Source of the DNA: Acidobacteriota bacterium
Lineage (GTDB): Bacteria > Acidobacteriota > UBA6911 > JACQSX01
NCBI GenBank assembly: GCA_036507075.1
Contig: DASXQR010000088.1
Coordinates: 19,784-83,783 of the forward strand
Direction: 5' to 3'
DNA length: 64,000 nucleotides
Positions 48,858-57,510 of this stretch are shown piece by piece. A program made the position numbers and the translations under genes. The first letter of the stretch is position 1. The number at the start of each line of letters is the position of its first letter. The notes beneath the pieces were generated by a model. That model saw only the letters and a list, made by a program, of their open reading frames with translations, was not told the origin of the DNA and made no database searches.

Positions 48858-49763
48858 TTAAGCGTTAACGCAGCCGGTCTCGCCGCCCTCAGCCCCCACT
48901 TTGCTGCCCAGCGCGAGAAGATAGATCAGACGCTTGACCGGCTGCTTCCTTCCGACACTGAGTATCCGCAGTCCATCCACGAAGCGATCCGCTACAGCGT
49001 ATTTGCCGGCGGCAAGCGCGTGCGCCCGCTGCTGCTGCTGGAAACCGGGGAAGCGTTCGGCGGGGAAGAAGAGTGCCTGCTGCAGGCGGCAGCCGCCGTC
49101 GAGATGCTGCACACCTACTCGCTGATCCACGACGACCTGCCGGCCATGGATGACGACACGCTGCGCCGCGGCATGCCCACCAGCCATGTCAAGTTCGGCG
49201 AGGCCACGGCCATCCTGGCGGGCGACGCGCTTTCCACGCTTGCCTTCCAGGTGCTGGCCAATCTTCCGGTCGACCCGCCGCGCGTGCTGCAGGCGATCCG
49301 GACGCTGGCGACTGCCGGCGGGACGCTTGAAGGCATGATCGCCGGCCAGGTGATGGATCTCAAATATGAAGGCAGGAGCCTGGATCTTTCAAAGCTCGAA
49401 CAGCTCCACCGCGCCAAGACGGGCGCGCTGATCCGCGCCAGCATCCGAATCGGGGCGCTGCTGGCGGGCGCCGGCGCGACGGCACTGGAGCGGCTCGATG
49501 CCATCGGCGCCAGGCTGGGGCTTGTTTTTCAGGTGATGGACGACATCCTGGATGTCGAGTCCACGCCGGCCCAGTTGGGAAAAACTCCGGGGAAAGACAG
49601 GAAGGCTAAAAAGTACACCTTTGCCGATGCGCTGGGGCCCGACCAGTCGCGCCGCTACGCGCAGCGTCTCACCGACGAAGCCCTGGCCGAACTGGAACAG
49701 CTTGACGCCGACACCTCCAAGCTCAAAGACCTGTGCCTGTTCCTGCTCCACCGCCGTAGTTGA
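48846..49763 (+). CDS. ispA: Farnesyl/geranylgeranyl diphosphate synthase
   Basis: GGKRVRP, HTYSLIHDDLPAMDDDTLRRG, AILAGDAL, KTGAL, FQVMDDILD, LGKTPGKD. Confidence 0.95.
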   Translation: MTNDLSVNAAGLAALSPHFAAQREKIDQTLDRLLPSDTEYPQSIHEAIRYSVFAGGKRVRPLLLLETGEAFGGEEECLLQAAAAVEMLHTYSLIHDDLPAMDDDTLRRGMPTSHVKFGEATAILAGDALSTLAFQVLANLPVDPPRVLQAIRTLATAGGTLEGMIAGQVMDLKYEGRSLDLSKLEQLHRAKTGALIRASIRIGALLAGAGATALERLDAIGARLGLVFQVMDDILDVESTPAQLGKTPGKDRKAKKYTFADALGPDQSRRYAQRLTDEALAELEQLDADTSKLKDLCLFLLHRRS

Positions 49764-50033
49764 GCACGAATTTCGCGTTGAACACGAATTTCACGAATTT
49801 CACGAATCTTTAATTAATCATGACATTGTTGCAAATTCGTCGTGCTCCACCCCTTTGCTCGACTAAGGGCTTCCCAGGCGTAGTACTTTATGATACAAAG
49901 TTCTTTTAGGTAGAGAGCTACTGAGAGGAATAGAAGGAATAGAAGGATTCGTGAAATTCGTGTAATTCGTGAAATTCGTGCTCAACCCTTATAATACCTA
50001 TCTTTGGCCCGCATGGATGGGGCCGCCAAGCTG

Positions 50034-52001
50034 ATGCAGGAAAAAGAGCCGAAATTCTTACCTTTCATTGATTCCCCCGAAGATTTGCGCAGGATCAAAA
50101 AGGAAGACCTCCACCTGGTCTGCCGCGAGCTGCGCGAATACCTGATATTCATGGTCTCCAAAATGGGCGGGCATCTGGCCTCCAGCCTGGGCGCCGTGGA
50201 GCTGGTGGTGGCCGCCCACTATGTCTTCAACACCCCCGACGACCGGCTCATCTGGGACGTGGGCCACCAGGCCTACGCGCACAAAATAATCACCGGCCGG
50301 CGCGACAGGTTTCACACGCTGCGCCAATACGAAGGGCTGAGCGGATTTCTGCGCCGCGAGGAAAGCCCCTACGACGTGTTTAACGCCGGGCACGCGGGAA
50401 CGTCCGTGTCGGCCGGTCTGGGAATGGCCACCGCGCGCGACCTGCTGGGAGAAAAGCGCCGCGTGATCGCCATCATCGGCGACGGCGGCCTGACGGCCGG
50501 CATGGCGCTGGAAGGCGTCAACCAGCTCGGGCACCTGAAAAAGGACATGATCGTCGTGCTCAACGACAATGAGATGTCCATCTCTCCCAACGTGGGCGCC
50601 ATCGAGGGCTATCTGAACCGCATCATCCACGGCCAGGTTTATGTGAAATTCAAGAAGGACGTCGAACACACGCTCACCCGCATTCCTCTTGTGGGAAACA
50701 GGATCTTTGAGCTCACCAAGCGCATGGTCGACGTAACCAAGACGTTCCTTGTGCCCGGCACGCTCATAGAAGAGCTCGGATTCCAGTACGTCGGTCCCAT
50801 CAACGGGCATGATGTGGCGGCGCTGGTGGATACCTTCGAGGAAGTAAAAAAGGAGAAGGGGCCGTTCCTGATCCACGCCGTCACGGTAAAAGGCAAGGGC
50901 TATGTCCCCGCCGAGAATTATCCGGTCAAGTGGCACGGCTCGGCTCCCTTTGACATCGAGCAGGGCGAGTTCCTCAAGAAGTCTTCCGCGCCGCCCGATT
51001 ACACGTCCGTGTTCGCGCAGGCGCTGATCAAGCTGGCCGGCCAGGACGACAAGATCGTCGCCGTCACGGCGGCCATGCCGGGTGGAACGGGACTGGACAA
51101 GTTCGCCAAGGCGTTCCCCGGGCGCTGCTGGGACGTCGGCATTGCCGAACAGCACGCCGTCACTTTCTGCGCGGGCATGGCGCTGGAGGGACTTAAGCCG
51201 GTGGCGGCCATTTATTCCACCTTCCTGCAGCGCGCCTACGATCAGATCGTGCACGATGTTTGCCTGATGGATATTCCCGTAAAGTTCTGCATCGATCGCG
51301 CCGGCCTGGTGGGGCAGGATGGAACCACGCACCATGGCATCTACGATCTGGCTTACCTTCGCACGCTGCCCCAGATGCACATCATGGCCCCCAAGGACGA
51401 AAACGAGCTGCAGCACATGCTCAAGACCTGCATCGATTGCCCGCACCCGGCCGCGCTGCGTTATCCGCGCGGCGCCGGATACGGAGTGCCGCTGGACGAA
51501 GAAATCCGCGCGCTGGAGATCGGCCGCGGCGAGCAGTTGCGCGAGGGCAGGGACCTGGCGCTGGTGGCGCTGGGAAGCATGGTTTATCCGGCCCTGGCAG
51601 CCGCCGAAATGCTGGCCAAGGACGGTATCGACGCCGGCGTGATCAACGCGCGCTTCGTAAAGCCGCTGGACACGGCGCTGCTGCTTTCCGCCGCCGCGCA
51701 GACGGGAACGCTGGTGGCGCTGGAAGATCATTCCGAGCACGGCGGTTTTGGCAGCGCGCTGCTCGAGATGCTCGTCGACCACAAGATGTTCGACATCCAG
51801 GTGCTGCGCATAGCCGTGCCCGACCGCATCATCACGCACGGACCTCCCAGCCTGCTGGCGGCCAAATACGGGTTGGATTCGGATGGAATCTACCAGCGGG
51901 TCAAGGCCTTCCTTGAAGAATGCAAAGAACGAAAATCCGAATCGACGAATTACTTGTTGCGGGCGGATTTGCTGAAAGTCGTCAAAAAGCCCACGCCCTG
52001 A
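50034..52001 (+). CDS. dxs: 1-deoxy-D-xylulose-5-phosphate synthase
   Basis: GGHLASSLG, WDVGHQAY.HK, IGDGGLTAGM, NDNEMSIS, DVGIAEQHA, YSTFLQRAYDQ, LRYPRG. Confidence 0.97.
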   Translation: MQEKEPKFLPFIDSPEDLRRIKKEDLHLVCRELREYLIFMVSKMGGHLASSLGAVELVVAAHYVFNTPDDRLIWDVGHQAYAHKIITGRRDRFHTLRQYEGLSGFLRREESPYDVFNAGHAGTSVSAGLGMATARDLLGEKRRVIAIIGDGGLTAGMALEGVNQLGHLKKDMIVVLNDNEMSISPNVGAIEGYLNRIIHGQVYVKFKKDVEHTLTRIPLVGNRIFELTKRMVDVTKTFLVPGTLIEELGFQYVGPINGHDVAALVDTFEEVKKEKGPFLIHAVTVKGKGYVPAENYPVKWHGSAPFDIEQGEFLKKSSAPPDYTSVFAQALIKLAGQDDKIVAVTAAMPGGTGLDKFAKAFPGRCWDVGIAEQHAVTFCAGMALEGLKPVAAIYSTFLQRAYDQIVHDVCLMDIPVKFCIDRAGLVGQDGTTHHGIYDLAYLRTLPQMHIMAPKDENELQHMLKTCIDCPHPAALRYPRGAGYGVPLDEEIRALEIGRGEQLREGRDLALVALGSMVYPALAAAEMLAKDGIDAGVINARFVKPLDTALLLSAAAQTGTLVALEDHSEHGGFGSALLEMLVDHKMFDIQVLRIAVPDRIITHGPPSLLAAKYGLDSDGIYQRVKAFLEECKERKSESTNYLLRADLLKVVKKPTP

Positions 52002-52669
52002 TCCTGGCCGGGCGCGTGTTTGCAGATTCCCAGAAAATCGAGAAGCCGGGAACGCTTGTCTCCCGGGTGGCCGCCGTAGAGGTGCGCGGGCAGCGCCGGT
52101 TTGTGGGCCGCGGCGGCGAAAAGCTTCTGGCCGCCCTGCGGCATTTCCATATTGAAGTGCCCGGCCGAGTGTGCGTGGATCTGGGGACGTCGACGGGAGG
52201 CTTTGTCGATTGCCTGCTGCAGGGCGGCGCATCCTCGGTTTACGCCTTTGACGTGGGCCGGGGCCAGATCGCCTGGAGCCTTGCCGTGGATGCGCGCGTC
52301 AAGCTGCGTGACCGGTACAACGTGCGCCGCCTGCGCGCCGCGGACCTCCCCGAGCCGTTTTTTCTGATGACGGCCGACCTTTCCTTTATTTCCCTGCGCA
52401 AGGTCCTGCCGGCGATCCGGGAAGCGTTTCGCTCGGCGGCGCAAGCGGATGCCATCCTGGTTCTTCTGGTCAAACCCCAATTCGAACTGCCGCGCGGGCA
52501 GGTTGCCCGGGGCGGCCTTGTGATCGACCAGGCGGCCGGCCGGCAGGTGGTGGATGAAATCGCGGCCGTTGCGATGGAACTGGGATTCTCCGGCCCGCAA
52601 GTCTTCGCCAGCCCGCTGCGGGGCGCCGAAGGCAATCAGGAATATTTCCTGAAGCTCGGCAAAGCCTGA
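51920..52669 (+). CDS. tlyA: TlyA family rRNA methyltransferase
   Basis: S4-like RIDELLV, GRGGEKL, DLGTSTGGF.DCLLQ, DLSFISL, LVKPQFE, GAEGNQEY. Confidence 0.93.
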   Translation: MQRTKIRIDELLVAGGFAESRQKAHALILAGRVFADSQKIEKPGTLVSRVAAVEVRGQRRFVGRGGEKLLAALRHFHIEVPGRVCVDLGTSTGGFVDCLLQGGASSVYAFDVGRGQIAWSLAVDARVKLRDRYNVRRLRAADLPEPFFLMTADLSFISLRKVLPAIREAFRSAAQADAILVLLVKPQFELPRGQVARGGLVIDQAAGRQVVDEIAAVAMELGFSGPQVFASPLRGAEGNQEYFLKLGKA

Positions 52670-52767
52670 ACCGCCAAGAGCGCCAAGAACGCGAAGAATT
52701 TTGGATTCAAAAAAGAATTCAGTTGCCAACTGGTTGGCCACAGGATCAAGCTTCGCCTGTGGCCTCG

Positions 52768-52871
52768 GTAAAACCTGTTGGGATTCTCTCGATTTTTACA
52801 AGAACTTTACCTAATGGCCAATGACATATGACCAATGACCAATGACGCATTTGGTTGCGGCTCTGCCGCGC
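52768..52871 (-). mobile_element. Conserved-end element copy with degenerate right end
   Basis: Minus strand CACCACAAAGACGCA[GCGCGGCAGAGCCGCAACCAAA-(GTCATTG)n...CCCAACAGGTTTTAC]. Confidence 0.65.
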
Positions 52872-52906
52872 TGCGTCTTTGTGGTGACAACAACCCTGGA
52901 GTCCCT

Positions 52907-53797
52907 ATGAAAAGACGACATTTCCTCGCAAGCGCCCCGGTTCTCGCCGCTTCCGCTCGCGCGCTCTTCGCCGAATGCAAGCCCACCAGCAAGGACATCA
53001 TCGGCCCCTACTACCAGGCGGGCGCCCCCATGCGCACGCAGGTCGCGCAGCGCTCCGAGCCGGGAATGAAGTTGCTCGTTCGCGGCAGCGTTTCCAATTG
53101 CAGCGGTCCGGCCGCGGGAGCGCTGGTCGAGGTGTGGCAGGCCACTCACGACGGCTGCTACAGCATCAACCAGGAGTGCGGCGTGCTGCCGGGCACGCCC
53201 GACAAGTTCCGGCTGCGCGGCAAATTCCTGGTTGACCAGAGCGGCGCTTATCTTTTCCGCACCATCAAGCCGGGCCAGTACGACATCGGCGGCGGCAAAT
53301 TTCGTCCCAGCCACATTCATTACAAGATCACGCTGGCCGACGACAAGGGCGCCGCAGGCACCGAGCTGATCACGCAGCTTTATTTCAAGGGCGACAAGTA
53401 CAACGAAATCGATGAGTCCTCGCGCACGCCCGAAGGCCGCGCGCGCACCATTGATCTTCAGATCGACGAGAAATCCAACAGCGCCGCCGGGCGTTTTGAC
53501 ATCGTGCTGCCGGCCGCCGCGGCCGCGGGCAAGCGCGCCGCATTGGAAGGGATGAATTCAGCCGACGGCGATTTCCTGGTGCACCGCCTCGACGGCAAGC
53601 TGCTCTTCACGGTTCCGGGCGATCTGGCCGGCGCCGGGCGTGTGGAAATCTATTCCCCCGAAGGCGCCCGTATCGAGCGCCTCGCGCTGCGCCAACACCA
53701 GGCCCTCTGGAACCCGAAGGTCCCGCGCGGCGTCTACCTTGCCCGCGTCTTCCTGGACGACGCCGGCCTCGAGCACGCCGCGCACCTGGCGATTTAA
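52907..53797 (+). CDS. Intradiol ring-cleavage dioxygenase-like protein with Tat-like signal
   Basis: MKRRHFL twin-arginine leader; GPYY, VEVWQA..G.Y, FRTIKPGQY, RPSHIHY, TQLYF. Confidence 0.85.
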   Translation: MKRRHFLASAPVLAASARALFAECKPTSKDIIGPYYQAGAPMRTQVAQRSEPGMKLLVRGSVSNCSGPAAGALVEVWQATHDGCYSINQECGVLPGTPDKFRLRGKFLVDQSGAYLFRTIKPGQYDIGGGKFRPSHIHYKITLADDKGAAGTELITQLYFKGDKYNEIDESSRTPEGRARTIDLQIDEKSNSAAGRFDIVLPAAAAAGKRAALEGMNSADGDFLVHRLDGKLLFTVPGDLAGAGRVEIYSPEGARIERLALRQHQALWNPKVPRGVYLARVFLDDAGLEHAAHLAI

Positions 53798-53903
53798 AAG
53801 ACGGAACCGCCAAGACCGCAAAGAGCGCAAAGCTTTTAGGGAATGCGAGAATTAATTCCTTGGCGCTCTTGGCGTTCTTCGCGGTTCAAGTTTTGAGGGT
53901 CCG

Positions 53904-55049
53904 ATGCCGCCGGAAATCACCGACCCCACGCCCGCTCCCGACGCCTTCCGCGAGCTCACCGACGCGGCCGCCCAATCCCAGGCGGCGCTGCTTCTCTTGC
54001 TGGGCCGCCGCCTGCGCGCCGATGACTCTTCGGCCCGTGCGCGCCTTCTTTCCGCCCGGAGCGCCGCGCTTGCCGACACGCTTCCCGAAGAAGACCTGGC
54101 CCGTTTTCCCGTGCCCGACATCGAGCACACCGGCGAGCGCATCAGCGCCGAGCGCGCCGAAGCGCGCCTGGTGGAATCTTTCCTGCGCGGGCGCGTCGCC
54201 CGCCGGGAAGAACAACTGGCAAGCGGGGAGTTCTGGCACGGCCTGGCGTCCCGGCTGTACGAAGAAAGAACCGCGCTGGCCGTGGCCGTCCTGATGGAGG
54301 CGTGCCTGCGCCATCCTAACGAGCTGGTGCGCGTGGCCGCGGCCTCTTCCTATTTTGACCTGAGCGATCAGCCCTCGCGCATGCTCGAGGTGCTGGTGCG
54401 CGGGACCTACAGCTATGACGAGCTGGTGCGCGACCTGGCCGCCACGGCGTTGGCGCGCGTGGCGCCCGAGCACCCGCGGCTTTTCGACCTGACAAAACCG
54501 GCGCCGCTTGCCGGCGGCGAGCCGACGCGCACCAGTCTTCTGGTCCACGGCACCTACGCGCGCAACGCTTCCTGGTGGCAGCCGCTCGGGGATTTCCATC
54601 TTTATCTGGCCGCGGTGCGGCCCGATCTGTATGGGGCGGCCGATCAATTCAGTTGGAGCGGCGGCTACAGCGACGCGGCGCGTGCGCTGGCGGCCGTCGA
54701 GCTGCAAAACTGGGCGGGAGCGCGCAATCTGGCCGGCCTGGATCTTTTCACGCACAGCCACGGAGGCAGCGCCTGCATGCTGGCAAGCCAGGCCGGGATG
54801 AGCATCGGCAAGCTGGTGCTGCTCAGTTGCCCGGTCCACTTTCCCAAGTACATGCCCCGTTTTGACAGGATCGCCGGCGGCGTGGTGTCGGTGCGCGTGC
54901 ATCTGGATCTTGTCATCCTGGCCGACGGCGGCGGCCAGCGCTTCAATCATCCCCAGATCCGCGAAAACGTGCTGCCCGTCTGGTTCAACCACTCAGCCAC
55001 CCACGACCGCGCCACCTGGCAGCGCCACAATGTTCCGGCAATGCTGTGA
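53904..55049 (+). CDS. Hypothetical protein: HEAT-like helical region plus alpha/beta-hydrolase-like domain
   Basis: LVRVAAA and LVRDLAATALAR helices; LLVHGT, FSWSGGYS, THSHGG nucleophile elbow, LVLLSCP, late His. Confidence 0.6.
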   Translation: MPPEITDPTPAPDAFRELTDAAAQSQAALLLLLGRRLRADDSSARARLLSARSAALADTLPEEDLARFPVPDIEHTGERISAERAEARLVESFLRGRVARREEQLASGEFWHGLASRLYEERTALAVAVLMEACLRHPNELVRVAAASSYFDLSDQPSRMLEVLVRGTYSYDELVRDLAATALARVAPEHPRLFDLTKPAPLAGGEPTRTSLLVHGTYARNASWWQPLGDFHLYLAAVRPDLYGAADQFSWSGGYSDAARALAAVELQNWAGARNLAGLDLFTHSHGGSACMLASQAGMSIGKLVLLSCPVHFPKYMPRFDRIAGGVVSVRVHLDLVILADGGGQRFNHPQIRENVLPVWFNHSATHDRATWQRHNVPAML

Positions 55050-55152
55050 CCTCCGGCGGAAATGACTGAACCGCCAAGAAAAACGGGGACAGTCCCTTTT
55101 CTTTGCGCTCTTGGCGTTCTTGGCAGTTCAGTTTTTCGTGTAAGATGACCCC

Positions 55153-55503
55153 ATGCGTCCCGCTCGAGCCGCGCGACTCTTTGCCCACCAGGCGCTCTGG
55201 CGTTACGCCCGGATGCGTCCTGCCGGGCGCGCCCTGGTGCGCGAGCTGGGTTCGCGCGACGAAGACGTGCGCACCATCGCGGCCATGTTCCTGCTCAAAA
55301 GCGGCCGCCGCTCCGCCCCGCTCCTGCTGGAAGCCCTGTCGCGCCGCCAGCATGTCCCGATGGTCCTGCGCGTGCTGGGCGACATCGGCGACCAGAAACT
55401 CGCCCCCGAACTGCAGCGCTTCACCGCCGACCCGGACCCCCGCGTCGCCCAGGCTGCCCAGGACGCCCTGCGCGTCATCGACGTCCAAGCTCCCGGCGTG
55501 TAG
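55153..55503 (+). CDS. Small HEAT-repeat protein
   Basis: DEDVRTIAA..L, VLGDIGD, DPDPRVAQAAQDAL. Confidence 0.65.
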   Translation: MRPARAARLFAHQALWRYARMRPAGRALVRELGSRDEDVRTIAAMFLLKSGRRSAPLLLEALSRRQHVPMVLRVLGDIGDQKLAPELQRFTADPDPRVAQAAQDALRVIDVQAPGV

Positions 55504-55540
55504 AGCTCCGACGTCCCGGCCATGCCGTTAATTTCGACCC

Positions 55541-55700
55541 GTAGAGACGCGATACATCGCGCCCCAATCTGAGGTGCCGCAGGCGCGGATAATTTCGAAC
55601 CGTAGGACCCGTAGAGACGCGATACATCGCGTCTGAGTTGGGCGCGATATATCGCGCCCGGCGCCGCTTTGCGGCGCCCCGGACGCGACCTGTCGCGTCC
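55541..55700. repeat. GTAG-type REP cluster downstream of RAYT
   Basis: GTAGAGACGCGATACATCGC(GTCT) at 55541 and 55611; related hairpins at 55641 and 55681. Confidence 0.85.
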
Positions 55701-55785
55701 CATCGCTGCAAAGCAGCGCTCCTGGGATTCCGGCGGCATCCGTGGACGCGAAGTATCTGACCCGGACAATCGCCATGTCGCAACC

Positions 55786-56310
55786 CTACCGCTTTCGCTT
55801 CAATTCCCACCGTTCCGGATTTCTGCCGATATACTCACGAATGTTATTCAATGACCGCTCATCGCTGATTCCCTGGTCGCGGAACCTCGGTTGCCAGTCA
55901 AAATCAGCGTATCCGTTTCGATGGCACCATCGGGTGACTGCGGCTTTATAGGAACCCATGATGACGGACAGAGAGCCGGGTTTCAGCGGACCAAAAGCGG
56001 AAACAAACGAGGGCTCTGGTGAGACAGGCGCTTTATAGCCGTTCCAAATGCCCACGGTTCCGTGAACGTGGTTAGGCATGACAATGAAGCGATCAAGAAC
56101 AACGCCGGAAAAGTGGCTGAGTATTTCCATCCAGAATTGCTCGGCTACTCTTCCCATTTGAGATAGCTGAACCTCGCCTCCAGAAACTTGCCCAAAGAAG
56201 TGCCTCCCTTGCTTGGTGCAAATGGTCACGAAGTAGCAACCGTTCAGAGAGTAGTCCCAGTTCTTTAACCGGGTCGATTCCAGTCGATATTTAGTTTCGA
56301 ACCAGGGCAT
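55786..56310 (-). CDS. REP-associated tyrosine transposase (RAYT, Y1 HUH)
   Basis: RLKNWDYS..G.YFVTICT, FIVMPNHVHG (HUH), SYKAAVT, WQ.RF.D, REYIGRNPERW; SD AGGAGG before ATG 56310. Confidence 0.92.
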   Translation of the reverse strand: MPWFETKYRLESTRLKNWDYSLNGCYFVTICTKQGRHFFGQVSGGEVQLSQMGRVAEQFWMEILSHFSGVVLDRFIVMPNHVHGTVGIWNGYKAPVSPEPSFVSAFGPLKPGSLSVIMGSYKAAVTRWCHRNGYADFDWQPRFRDQGISDERSLNNIREYIGRNPERWELKRKR

Positions 56311-56430
56311 AAAAATTCCTCCTGGCATACAAAACCCCGCAACGGTCGAATCTGCGAAAATTTCTTTCAGGAAAACGTGCTTTTTTTTGTGGAAGGCCGA
56401 CACCCATTCGTATGGACGTGACACCTGCTC

Positions 56431-56552
56431 GTAGAGACGCGACACTGTCGCGTCTGAGGCAGGCGCGATAAATCGCGCCTGGATCGCTGCTTCGCAGCGT
56501 CGGGACGCGACATGTCGCGTCCCCACTCAGACGCGACATGCCGCGTCTCTAC
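56431..56552. repeat. GTAG-type REP cluster upstream of RAYT
   Basis: GTAGAGACGCGACACTGTCGCGTCT ... AGACGCGACATGCCGCGTCTCTAC with two internal hairpins. Confidence 0.88.
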
Positions 56553-56787
56553 GGCCCGCGCGGCGAATCGGCATAATTCTCGCAACTATCCGGCTGATTT
56601 TTAAGAGCTCCGACCTGATTGGTCGGGAAAGAGGGAGACAGAGCTTTTACGCCTCTTATTGAAGCAGTTGAGCGGATGAAAGCAAGAGCCTTCGGCGGTA
56701 GCGATTCCGGCAAAAATGGAGTGGCAGACTCCAGGCCGGCGGCGTTATCTATGGCGATTTTGAGGCAGGAAGAAGAGTCCCGGGGAA

Positions 56788-57024
56788 CTAACCCGGCGAT
56801 CTGAACTCTTTCCCATCCTCATCGTACTCGACGTATTCGAAGACGCTACGCGAGTCTTGCACAACTAGCCGGCTCGGACGGTGATCCCGCGCGACGGCAA
56901 CAGCGTAGTCCTTGGCTTGACGAAAATTGTGAAACGATTGACCGGTCCGTGATCCGAGTCGAATCAACAGCCAGTTTTTACCATCGGGGAATACGTGGAA
57001 GATTGTTGGAGCTCCGACCTGCAT
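56788..57024 (-). CDS. Small DUF2188-like protein
   Basis: FHVFPDGKNW..G....SF....QA..YA...A....SRLVVQD resembles the DUF2188 pattern. Confidence 0.55.
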   Translation of the reverse strand: MQVGAPTIFHVFPDGKNWLLIRLGSRTGQSFHNFRQAKDYAVAVARDHRPSRLVVQDSRSVFEYVEYDEDGKEFRSPG

Positions 57025-57153
57025 TGATGCCTGCCTTCAGCCCCCCGCCTCCGTCGCATCCAATTCACTTGGATTGTACCGAGGATTCCGTCTCCGTCAA
57101 GATGGGCCCGTTTACTCACTATCCTCTTCTTCTTCGCGCAGATAACGCTGTTT

Positions 57154-57268
57154 AAAAAAGGGGACTGTCCCTCTTTTGGACTAGAAAAGGGGACTGTCCC
57201 CCTTTTCACCCAAAAAAAGGGACTGTCCCTCTTTTGACTGACTGAAAAAAGGGGACTGTCCCTCTTTT
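57154..57268. repeat. Four tandem palindromic units AAAAGGG(G)ACTGTCCC(T/C)CTTTT
   Basis: Direct inspection; one inverted unit at about 55084-55100. Confidence 0.85.
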
Positions 57269-57510
57269 CCTCTTTTCAATGAAAAGATTCGTGTAATTCG
57301 TGAAATTCGTGTAATTCGTGCTCAACGCCTGTTTTGGCATAACCAATACTTATTGACTGCCGGCGCTGCCTCTGATCTCAGGTCGACAAAAACGCTCTGA
57401 TTTTTCCGCCAGATTTTTGACGTTTTCTATTGACTGGTTCTGGGGGGCGATAGTATCGTCCGCGCCAGTCCTAGATATCCCGGAAAACTAAATTCAAAAC
57501 GTAGGCTTTT

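Noticed and set aside
49820..49930. Possible relic of a GxxExxY-type gene inside the CACGAATTT palindrome
   Set aside because: Only a few suggestive residues on the minus strand (LYLKEL, GKP); not supportable without a search.
50058..52232. 724-aa antisense ORF and similar shadow ORFs (29146-30225, 27800-28804, 53886-54992, 34917-35882)
   Set aside because: They lie opposite well-supported genes in high-GC DNA and show no motifs.
57154..57268. Possible CRISPR array
   Set aside because: Spacers are under 10 nt, there are only four units and no cas genes in the window.
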